A program made the position numbers and the translations under genes. A stretch of DNA of 64,000 nt from an uncultured Gammaproteobacteria bacterium (GTDB lineage: Bacteria; Patescibacteriota; Patescibacteriia; XYB2-FULL-38-15): positions 185,228 through 249,227 of the forward strand of contig OZ246416.1 of assembly GCA_965231095.1 (NCBI GenBank). Reading direction: 5' to 3'. The notes beneath the pieces were generated by a model. It saw nothing but the letters and a program-made list of their open reading frames with translations. It was not told the DNA's origin and searched no databases. Below, piece after piece: positions 18,806 through 26,501 of the stretch (the stretch's first letter is position 1; each line of letters begins with the position of its first letter).

Positions 18806-19558
18806 ATGTCGGAATACTACACATCACAACGAGTTAAAGGTTTATACGATCCGGCATCGTCAGAGCCTTTTAAACTGTCACGATCAAAGATTGACCTCTC
18901 TTTGGATTGCCCCCGTTGTTTTTACTACGATCGCAAACTTGGAGTCGGCCGACCCCCTGGCTTTCCGTTCGCTTTAAACTCTGCCGTCGATCATCTCTTA
19001 AAAGCTGAATTCGATATCCATCGTGCCAATGGTACGAAGCACCCTCTTATTGAGAAGTACGGAGTTGATGCACGTCCGATCCCTCATGAGCAATTGGAAA
19101 AATGGCGGCATAATTTTACCGGTATCCAGTATCTGCATCCGGAGACAAACTTTTTGGTATTCGGTGCGATTGATGATCTTTGGCAAAGTCCGCAGGGTGA
19201 ATATATCGTCGTCGATTATAAGGCGACTTCCAAAGCCGAGGACATCACAGAACTAAATAAAGAATGGCAGAACGGATATAAACGTCAGATGGAGGTGTAC
19301 CAGTGGTTGCTCCGCAAAAACGGATTGAAGGTTTCCAGTACTGGCTACTTTGTCTACTGCAACGGCAAGTCAGATCGAACGGCGTTCGATGCAAAGCTCG
19401 ACTTCGACATCACGCTAATTCCTTACATCGGAGATGATTCGTGGGTAGAAAAAGCCCTCATAGATGCTCACAAGTGTCTCAATGGCGATACAATCCCGAC
19501 AGGTAAACCAGGCTGTGATTATTGTGAGTATGTCGAGGCGATATGCAAATATAAGTAG
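18806..19558 (+). CDS. Cas4/RecB-family (DUF83-like) PD-(D/E)xK nuclease with Cys cluster
   Basis: N-terminal CPRC. Motif II FGAIDDLW. Motif III YIVVDYKA. A QxxxY-like MEVYQWLL. C-terminal C-x2-C-x6-C (CDYCEYVEAIC). The ATG at 18806 is 5 nt after the NurA-like stop. The ORF from 18665 lies inside the upstream gene and was rejected. Confidence 0.5.
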   Translation: MSEYYTSQRVKGLYDPASSEPFKLSRSKIDLSLDCPRCFYYDRKLGVGRPPGFPFALNSAVDHLLKAEFDIHRANGTKHPLIEKYGVDARPIPHEQLEKWRHNFTGIQYLHPETNFLVFGAIDDLWQSPQGEYIVVDYKATSKAEDITELNKEWQNGYKRQMEVYQWLLRKNGLKVSSTGYFVYCNGKSDRTAFDAKLDFDITLIPYIGDDSWVEKALIDAHKCLNGDTIPTGKPGCDYCEYVEAICKYK

Positions 19559-19663
19559 TTATCAACCCCGCTTTAGATATGTTCAAAACCATGATTAATT
19601 GATAAAATACAGTTACAATTGAATGTGCCTAAACCCGTCAGCCTGCTGATTGGCATGGCATTT

Positions 19664-19710
19664 AATCCATCCAAGGTATAGAACCCGTCGTCAGGGTTCC
19701 TTGGATGGTT
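19664..19710 (+). other. 48-nt nested stem-loop in a non-coding leader
   Basis: AATCCATCCAAGG pairs with CCTTGGATGGTT (outer, ~12 bp). AACCC pairs with GGGTT (inner, 5 bp) around loop gtcgtca. Confidence 0.5.
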
Positions 19711-19806
19711 GCATAGGGAAACTTATGCATTCGGGCCGAAAGGTTCGAGCTCCTGGCGGCGGGCTTTATGCGAGCCGGTCCGAAATTATACACAGCGCCC
19801 CTTCTT

Positions 19807-19840
19807 GTGCTGATTTTTCAAACTGTGCTATAATTAATTC
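19807..19840 (+). promoter_or_regulatory. sigma70-like promoter with extended -10 (TTGTGC-N18-TGcTATAAT)
   Basis: A perfect TATAAT is preceded by TGc (extended -10). A 4/6 -35 TTGTGC lies 18 nt upstream. It points rightwards toward the portal gene. Confidence 0.3.
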
Positions 19841-20028
19841 AACAGAAAGCGATTGCCTGACGGCGTCCGGGTTTACCGGGCTAAACGAGACGGGGCTACG
19901 ACTTCTGTCATCAACAGCTATTTTATTATGGCTGGTGTGATGACGAGAAGTGGTAGTCCCGCTTTTTGTTTATCCTCTTGAGGCTTCGGCCTCGCATTGA
20001 ACCGACAGGAACCAGATTGGAAATAATT

Positions 20029-20063
20029 GAGCCGAGCCTTAACAGGGTCTCGGCTTATTTTAT
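20029..20063 (+). terminator. intrinsic terminator-like hairpin immediately upstream of the portal start
   Basis: agccgag(cc) ... (gg)gtctcggct gives 7+2 bp, followed by TTATTTTATTT. It lies between the promoter above and the ATG at 20069. Confidence 0.35.
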
Positions 20064-20068
20064 TTCCT

Positions 20069-21952
20069 ATGGCGGAAGCAACATCAACCCAAAAAATCAA
20101 AGAGGAAGAAACTTCTAAAAAAGAAGTGTATTCGCCATCGGCCGACGAGCAGGCGCTCATTGAAAAATGGAAAAAGCGATTTACGCGTTCCGAAGAATAT
20201 CTTCGTCCTTATCGGGCAAAGTGGCTTCGCATGTATAAGCACTACCGGGCCTATCAGGAAAAAACAAATTATGCGTACCAGACCCGGCTCATGCCTCCGA
20301 TTGCATTTCAGATCGTGGAAACAGTGGCCTCGCGTCTTGCAACTGCTAAACGAAAGACGCGCATTCTTCCGCGAGACAAAAAAGATACTGAATCAAAATC
20401 TATTGGTGCTTGGAATGATCTTGTTGGCTATGACTTTGACGTTATTAAACTGTCGAAAAAACTTCCCAAGTGGGTAAAGGCCGCTTCTACATATGGGAAT
20501 GGAATCGGCATGCTGACCTGGCTTACCGACGAAAGCATTGATCACGATGACCCATTCCTAACCATCTGCGACCTGTGGGACATTTTGCCTGCTCCTGAAA
20601 CTGAAGACCTAGAAGATGATTGTCCTTGGCTTATCCGCCGTATTTTGAAATCAAAAGACAAAATTGAGCGCGAAGAAAAAGCCCGCGGCGAAAACGTACT
20701 TTATAAAAATGTGAATTTCCTCGAAGCAAAACAAGTCGAGGATTGGAAGAAGGAGCGATACGAAGTGAACACCAAAAAGATGGGCCAGATTCAAAGTTCA
20801 GAATCGGTGGAAACTTCCAGCTCAGTAATTAAAGTCACTGGAGAAAAATATGAACCGGAAAAACAGATCGAATTGTGGGAGTGTTACGACTTTGAAGAAG
20901 GAAAATTGATCACTCTCGGCAACCGCGAAGTGCTGATGCGCGACGACGAGAATCCATACAAGAAAGTAAACCACGGCCGCATCTTCCTGAACTTGGCGGA
21001 TCACGAAGTCAACTGGGAACTTTGGGGTATTGGCCACATCGAGCCAGTTGAAACGACCATTGTTGAAATTGCAGATCTCCGCAATCAGCGCATGGACGAC
21101 GTCATTCTAATGCTTGATCCGGTAATTAAGATTCGCAAAGACTCCGGCATTTCAAAAAACGACATCATTTTTGCACCCGGTGCAAAGTGGGAGCTTCGCA
21201 AGATGGATGATGTAGTCGTCGAACGATTGCCGGACATCAGCCTCATGGGAGTGAACGAAGAAAGAGCCTTGCGTGATGAGATCGAGCGGACGCTTGCTAT
21301 CTCTGAATATGCCCAAGGCATGCCAAAGTCTTCCGATGAACCGCTCGGCAAAGTAGCCATGCTTATCGGCCAGAGCAACCTGCGTTTAAGTTCTTTTTCC
21401 CAAAATTTAGCCGAGACGCTCAGCAGCCTCGCTAACATGCTGATAGAGATGAACCAGGAATTTATCGAGGAAGACAAATTGTATCGCGTAATCGGCGACG
21501 AGGTGAGCTTTAAGGAATTCACAATGGCAGACAAAGAAGTAAAGGTCGATGCCGTGGTGACGGTTGATCCGGTCGTGCCTCCCGATCAGCAGGCCCGGCT
21601 CAATCAGTCTTTGCTCCTGTACGACAAGTTTGTGGCACAGGACAAACCTGATCCGAACAGTCCCGATGAAATCAAACAGTGGAAAAAACGAAAGCGTGCG
21701 ATTCAGGAAATGATCCTCGAAGAAATGGGCAAAGAGGCGTATCGAGTCGTAATTCTCGGCGAAGAAAAAAACGAAACCACTCAAGGTAAAGAGCCGGTGA
21801 TTCAGCCGGGAGAACCTCCGCCCATATCGGAAGCAGGTGCTCCACCGGACGCATTACCACCGCCAACTCCGCAAGCGCGTCCTGGCTTCTTGAGAAGCGT
21901 GCTGTCGAGAATTCCTTTTATCGGTCGAGGTCAAAAAACAATTAATCAATAA
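20069..21952 (+). CDS. phage portal (head-to-tail connector) protein, candidate
   Basis: About 630 aa, acidic, with no Walker A. It is the first gene of a module followed by a scaffold-like protein and a capsid. The start is set at the second ATG because the first ATG (20027) sits inside the terminator hairpin. Confidence 0.45.
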   Translation: MAEATSTQKIKEEETSKKEVYSPSADEQALIEKWKKRFTRSEEYLRPYRAKWLRMYKHYRAYQEKTNYAYQTRLMPPIAFQIVETVASRLATAKRKTRILPRDKKDTESKSIGAWNDLVGYDFDVIKLSKKLPKWVKAASTYGNGIGMLTWLTDESIDHDDPFLTICDLWDILPAPETEDLEDDCPWLIRRILKSKDKIEREEKARGENVLYKNVNFLEAKQVEDWKKERYEVNTKKMGQIQSSESVETSSSVIKVTGEKYEPEKQIELWECYDFEEGKLITLGNREVLMRDDENPYKKVNHGRIFLNLADHEVNWELWGIGHIEPVETTIVEIADLRNQRMDDVILMLDPVIKIRKDSGISKNDIIFAPGAKWELRKMDDVVVERLPDISLMGVNEERALRDEIERTLAISEYAQGMPKSSDEPLGKVAMLIGQSNLRLSSFSQNLAETLSSLANMLIEMNQEFIEEDKLYRVIGDEVSFKEFTMADKEVKVDAVVTVDPVVPPDQQARLNQSLLLYDKFVAQDKPDPNSPDEIKQWKKRKRAIQEMILEEMGKEAYRVVILGEEKNETTQGKEPVIQPGEPPPISEAGAPPDALPPPTPQARPGFLRSVLSRIPFIGRGQKTINQ

Positions 21953-21956
21953 CGCT

Positions 21957-22151
21957 ATGGCAAAAAATAACCAGACAACAAAAGTCATCACCGCAATTGT
22001 ACTGAGTAAGACATTGAGTGGCGGCGATTGCATCGTGTCCTTGCAGGAAGACCAAGGCCGAGTGCATACGATTTACCTCTCCAAAGAGGAGTCTTCCAAA
22101 ATCGACTTGGGTCACAAGCTCAAGTTAACCATTGAAAAGGTCGAAAATTAA
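21957..22151 (+). CDS. small phage protein (64 aa)
   Basis: Compact ORF 5 nt after the portal stop, with Lys/Glu-rich composition. Confidence 0.3.
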   Translation: MAKNNQTTKVITAIVLSKTLSGGDCIVSLQEDQGRVHTIYLSKEESSKIDLGHKLKLTIEKVEN

Positions 22152-22170
22152 TCAATTTAATCACACACAT

Positions 22171-22503
22171 ATGCCAGACAAAAAAATGAAAAAGAAGAAC
22201 GATCTCGCCGACGAAAGGTTTCCAGAGGGCGACAAGATCGAGTTCAAAAATCAAAAGCCTGTTCGGGAAGAAAGTGGGCAAATGGAAGCTCGCTGGAAAA
22301 AGGTCGAAAGCGTTATAGGCGCGGCAAAGGAAGCCTATCAATCAGGCAAATCAAATTTCAGCGAAGTATTGGAAAGCCTGATTGCCACCCTTCAAGACAT
22401 GCTGGACACCGATGTAGGGGGTAAAGATCTCGGCGGGCTCATGACGAATGGGCCGGAGATGGATCTTCCGCCGGAGCCTGCGCCGGAGGAAGAACAACAA
22501 TAA
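22171..22503 (+). CDS. small charged phage protein (~110 aa)
   Basis: An ORF in the structural module. The ATG at 22171 avoids overlap with the upstream gene. The C-terminus is Pro/Glu-rich. Confidence 0.3.
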   Translation: MPDKKMKKKNDLADERFPEGDKIEFKNQKPVREESGQMEARWKKVESVIGAAKEAYQSGKSNFSEVLESLIATLQDMLDTDVGGKDLGGLMTNGPEMDLPPEPAPEEEQQ

Positions 22504-22507
22504 ATAT

Positions 22508-22786
22508 ATGCAGACCAACGAGGAAAAATTTGAAACAGGGTTGGCGGTGCTGGGGATGGTCAGAACGGCTGGCTGGAAATGGCTCGAAGCAAAAATTCGC
22601 GCAGATCTCGCAATTGAATATGCGGAGCTCCGAGATTTTGACATTTCGGGAAAGACAGCCGAGCAAATTGCTTCCGACTATCTTCAGCGCCGAGCCAATG
22701 CTAACGCTTACGAGAAAATTCTCGCGTTGGTCGACGATGCCATTCGTGACAAGGACGAAGCGGCAGGCGCAATGAGCCAGGAGTAA
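22508..22786 (+). CDS. small phage protein (92 aa)
   Basis: The ATG at 22508 is 5 nt after the upstream stop. The protein is predicted helical. Confidence 0.3.
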   Translation: MQTNEEKFETGLAVLGMVRTAGWKWLEAKIRADLAIEYAELRDFDISGKTAEQIASDYLQRRANANAYEKILALVDDAIRDKDEAAGAMSQE

Positions 22787-22877
22787 CACGATGCCTATGG
22801 AGTACGCGGCAAAAAACATTGGGGGCAAGGTCGAACCCCAACCTAGTAAATAAAAATTCAATTTAACAAGCGCTTTT

Positions 22878-23747
22878 ATGAATCAAGATCGTAAAAAGGA
22901 GCTCGACGCTCTCCTCAACGCAAACTCGGAAGATGAGGAAACGGATACCGAAGAAGAAGACACCCAGGAAGACAAGGGTGAGGAAGAAGACGAGGAAACC
23001 GACACCGAAGATTCTGAAGAAGAAACCGACGAAGACGAAGAAACTGACGAGGAAGAATCGGATGACGGCGAATCGGAAAATTCCGATGACGAGGAAGAAA
23101 CCGAGGAAGATGCAGGGGGCGAGGCATCCAAGCAGAAAAACAAGTGGCACGGTAAAAGCCGTGAGGAAGTGATCCGAATGTATGAGGATCTCGAAACAAA
23201 AAACCAACCGCCAAAGCGAACAAAAGCCAAGCCTGATGCCAAGAAGGAAAACGATGAGGCCAAGGGCGAGGGAGTAGACGTCCCTAATGACGAAGAACTG
23301 GCCAAGATGACCCCCAAGCAGTTCGCAGAATGGATGGTTACGACAGTTCAAAGCATCGTCGGCAAAACCTACGATGCGCGAAGCCGGATGCGAGATTCCG
23401 CCGCGCAAGAAATTCGAGAGGCTCAGAAAGATCACCCTCTTCTGAAGACCAGTCCAGAGTACCGCGAACTCGTGCTGTCTTTGATCGACGCCGCTTCCCA
23501 AAAAGGAACGGTTATGCCGCTCAAAGAAGCGTGCATGAAGGTCGATGGATTCGCTGGAAAGGTAAAAGGAGACACAAAAGTTTCTGACACTGAGAAGATT
23601 CGCCTCAAGAAAGCCAAAGCGCAAGTCGAGAGAGGAGCGGGCGCTCCGACCTCGCCGGGCGAAGAAAAGGGTGCGGAAGAACGCCGCCTCGAAAACATCT
23701 TCGGAACAAGCGGGTCAAATGGCCCCTTAGGAGGCCTTGGGGTTTAA
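22878..23747 (+). CDS. hyper-acidic scaffolding-like protein (289 aa)
   Basis: About 90 residues of D/E/T/S-rich repeats (EEDEETDTEDSEEETDEDEETDEEESDDGE) precede a helical charged C-terminal half. It lies between portal and capsid, the usual scaffold position. Confidence 0.4.
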   Translation: MNQDRKKELDALLNANSEDEETDTEEEDTQEDKGEEEDEETDTEDSEEETDEDEETDEEESDDGESENSDDEEETEEDAGGEASKQKNKWHGKSREEVIRMYEDLETKNQPPKRTKAKPDAKKENDEAKGEGVDVPNDEELAKMTPKQFAEWMVTTVQSIVGKTYDARSRMRDSAAQEIREAQKDHPLLKTSPEYRELVLSLIDAASQKGTVMPLKEACMKVDGFAGKVKGDTKVSDTEKIRLKKAKAQVERGAGAPTSPGEEKGAEERRLENIFGTSGSNGPLGGLGV

Positions 23748-23805
23748 AACCTCATATAGCAAGGTCGAACCTCCTATCAGTTAATTAATCAACCAACAAC
23801 AAGAT

Positions 23806-24984
23806 ATGTCATCAGCAAATGGAATCAGAGGAACCGCGAACTTGGGCGTTACGCGCAAGTACGACGTAGCGGATGTAATCTCGCTTCTTGACGTAGCGCG
23901 TTATCCGCTGCTTGGCATTCTCACGAACGCCGGGAAAGACCCCGCAACCAAGCAGGGCAAGGCACTCAAGAAAAAAGAAACGAGCGATCCGGACTTCAAG
24001 TGGTTTGAGGATAAATTCGGTGCGCGCGAAGACATCGTTGCGGCCAACCAAGGAGCGGCAGTCACACTGGTTGTGACCAACGGTGCGTACTTTAGCATCG
24101 GTGACGTCCTGCTCGTAGTGAAATCGGCCCAGGGCACGAACAACCCGACCGGCGAAGTCATGCTCGTAACGGACGTGGCAACCAACACGCTCACCCTTGT
24201 GCGCCAGATCGGTGACGGCGGTTCAGGCGGAGGTCTGCTTCAGCAGAACGACATCGTCTGGATCATTGGTAATGCCAACGAAGAAGGTGCGGACCTCCGC
24301 ACAATGAAAGGAACGACGATCGCTGAAGTGCTCAACTACTGCCAGATTTTCCGAACTACGATTGGAGTCACTGAAACTTCACGCAACACCAAGGGCCTGA
24401 CAAAGGAGAACGACTTTGACTATCAGATTCGCAAGAAAGGTATCGAGCACTTGGTAGACATCGAGCGAGCTTTCCTATTCGGGAAAAAGGAGATCATCAC
24501 TTCCGGTACACATCCGAAACGATTTACCGGCGGAGTTCTACCTCGCATCAGCCAGGTCACCAGCAACGTAGCAACCCGCGACGACTTCAACAGCTACCTG
24601 AGAATCTTGTTCGCTCACGGCAACACCGAGAAATACTTGCTTGCTTCCGGTTACGTGATCGACAAGATCAACGGATTCGCTCACGACAAGTTGCAGGTAC
24701 TGCAAGGAGAAAAAACTTTTGGATTAACCATCCTTAAGTATCTTTCTCCGCACGGTACGCTAAACATCATCAAGCACGATCTGCTTGCGGGGGATCTGTA
24801 CGGCAAGAGCGGTGTCGGTGTAGACATGGAAGCTTTGACCTACCGATATCTCGCCAACCGTGACAGCAAGCTTCTCACGAATCGACAAGCACCTGGCGAA
24901 GATTCACGAGTAGACGAGTACCTGACCGAATGTGGCCTCCAGATGGAACAGCCTGAACGTCACGCAATCGTTAAGTTCGCTTAA
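23806..24984 (+). CDS. major capsid protein, candidate (392 aa)
   Basis: Position after the scaffold-like gene, size, and a terminator-like hairpin directly downstream. No sequence signature was verified. Confidence 0.4.
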   Translation: MSSANGIRGTANLGVTRKYDVADVISLLDVARYPLLGILTNAGKDPATKQGKALKKKETSDPDFKWFEDKFGAREDIVAANQGAAVTLVVTNGAYFSIGDVLLVVKSAQGTNNPTGEVMLVTDVATNTLTLVRQIGDGGSGGGLLQQNDIVWIIGNANEEGADLRTMKGTTIAEVLNYCQIFRTTIGVTETSRNTKGLTKENDFDYQIRKKGIEHLVDIERAFLFGKKEIITSGTHPKRFTGGVLPRISQVTSNVATRDDFNSYLRILFAHGNTEKYLLASGYVIDKINGFAHDKLQVLQGEKTFGLTILKYLSPHGTLNIIKHDLLAGDLYGKSGVGVDMEALTYRYLANRDSKLLTNRQAPGEDSRVDEYLTECGLQMEQPERHAIVKFA

Positions 24985-25027
24985 GCAGTCCTTCAAGTCT
25001 CGGTCGGACGGGCATGCTTTCCGAACC

Positions 25028-25065
25028 CGCCTGACCGAGTGGAAAGCCCTTGAGGGGTTTTCCGC
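25028..25065 (+). terminator. hairpin plus T-tract downstream of the putative capsid gene
   Basis: ctcggtcggacggg ... cccgcctgaccgag forms an imperfect inverted repeat. cccttgagggg is followed by tttt. Confidence 0.25.
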
Positions 25066-25121
25066 GGAAAATGAAAGGTCGATTCCGCGGTTATTACAAA
25101 AATAATTTCACATTAATTCGT

Positions 25122-25556
25122 ATGGCAAAAAATCAAGCACCGACGGCCGAAAAGCCGAAGACAAAGAGCAAGCGCTACGCAACCCGTTACGGACAGCATT
25201 ACGCGATCGTGATGATCCCGACCGTGACTGAAATCATCAACGGAATGGCGATAACGCGTCCAGGAAAAACAATCGAATTCAAGAATGGCATTTACGAAAC
25301 GAAGGATTCTGCCGAACAAGACTTCCTGGATAATTCTCCGTTTGTCGGCATCGACTATCAGGAAGTCACAAAGGCAGTGACTTCGGCTCTTGAAGCCAAG
25401 TCGTTGTCGGAAAAGGAATCCGAATTGAAGGAGAAAGAAGAAGATCTGAAGCGCAGAGAGATGGCGCTCAAAGGCAAAGAAGAAGGATCAGACTCCTCAT
25501 CTGGAAAAGAAACCAAAAGCGAGGGGAAGACAAAAAAGAAAGAGCCAAAGTTCTAA
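25122..25556 (+). CDS. phage protein with Lys/Glu-rich coiled C-terminus (144 aa)
   Basis: ORF starting at MAKNQAPTAEKPK. The C-terminal part reads EKESELKEKEEDLKRREMALKGKEE. Confidence 0.3.
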   Translation: MAKNQAPTAEKPKTKSKRYATRYGQHYAIVMIPTVTEIINGMAITRPGKTIEFKNGIYETKDSAEQDFLDNSPFVGIDYQEVTKAVTSALEAKSLSEKESELKEKEEDLKRREMALKGKEEGSDSSSGKETKSEGKTKKKEPKF

Positions 25557-25611
25557 ACTCTCGGCTCGTTAAAGGTCGAACCATTATCAACCAAACATAA
25601 GGCACAACGAT

Positions 25612-25905
25612 ATGGCGATAGAAAGTAAATCAAAATTCGCGGTGAACGAAGCGACTGTGGCCAGCGCAGGCACTGCCGTGCAGCTTCCCGATATTCCAGT
25701 CGGCGAGGGGTGCGATCTCGTCGTAAAGGCAAAGCGCACCAATCTCGGCGTGATCAAGGTCGGAGAATCCGCGCTACAGGCTCAGGCGGGGAAATTCACC
25801 CTAGAGCCAGGCGAAGCGGTGAAGCTCCGCATTAGCAATGCGAACAAAGGCTACATCGACGCGGAAGTCACCGGCGACAAAGTAGAGATAATCGTTGAGC
25901 AATAA
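25612..25905 (+). CDS. small phage structural protein (97 aa)
   Basis: Compact ORF in the structural module. Confidence 0.3.
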   Translation: MAIESKSKFAVNEATVASAGTAVQLPDIPVGEGCDLVVKAKRTNLGVIKVGESALQAQAGKFTLEPGEAVKLRISNANKGYIDAEVTGDKVEIIVEQ

Positions 25906-25911
25906 GCTCCT

Positions 25912-26499
25912 ATGTCAGATTTCATTCCTCAGCAGGGAGACTTCAACTTCCTGCGGTTCAGAAAAACCGGCAGATACTTCGGGCCATTCATGACCGGTGG
26001 GACAGTGACCACGCAGTCGGCAGCGTCTGCAAACTCACTACGCGCCTTTCCATTCTTTGTCCCGAAGACACAAAAGTTTGACCGGATAGCAATACGCGTC
26101 ACGACATTGGCAAGCGGCACAACTCCAAAGGCGCGCCTTGGCGTGTATGAAGACAAAGGCGACGGAAGCGTCTATCCAGGAAAACTAGTGCTCGATGCGG
26201 GCGAGGTGGATGTGAACACCACGGGGCTTAAAGAGATCACGATCAATCTCACGCTCAAAGGCGGGAAACTTTACTGGCTCGCTTTTGTGGGTCAAGACAC
26301 CACTGCACTCGTGCTCGCAGCAATTCCTGCAGCGGACGCGATGGCGACATTCCTCGGTTTTGACAACGGGCTGACTGGCACACCGTACTTGGGTTATGCG
26401 GTAACGCAAACCTATGGCGCATTGCCAGCAACATACCCGACTGCAAGCCCGACGGATTGGAGTCTGAACGTGCCGCTCATTGCCTTACGCAAAGCATAA
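25912..26499 (+). CDS. phage structural protein (195 aa)
   Basis: It starts 6 nt after the upstream stop, with beta-rich composition. Confidence 0.35.
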   Translation: MSDFIPQQGDFNFLRFRKTGRYFGPFMTGGTVTTQSAASANSLRAFPFFVPKTQKFDRIAIRVTTLASGTTPKARLGVYEDKGDGSVYPGKLVLDAGEVDVNTTGLKEITINLTLKGGKLYWLAFVGQDTTALVLAAIPAADAMATFLGFDNGLTGTPYLGYAVTQTYGALPATYPTASPTDWSLNVPLIALRKA

Positions 26500-26501
26500 G
26501 T

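Noticed and set aside
19650-19940. 96-aa ORF inside the leader region upstream of the portal gene
   Set aside because: Low-complexity translation, no ribosome-binding site, and it spans a region whose best explanation is RNA structure (nested hairpin, promoter, terminator).
20027-20068. Upstream ATG (20027) proposed by the ORF track as the portal start
   Set aside because: The first 14 codons coincide with an intrinsic-terminator hairpin and T-tract. The in-frame ATG at 20069 (MAEATSTQ...) is the more plausible start.
22883-23624. Several 100-250-aa ORFs on both strands overlapping the hyper-acidic gene (e.g. 22863..23624 -, 22883..23317 -, 22933..23172 +)
   Set aside because: They are artefacts of the GA-rich low-complexity tract. 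Their translations are poly-Ser/Phe/Arg/Lys runs.
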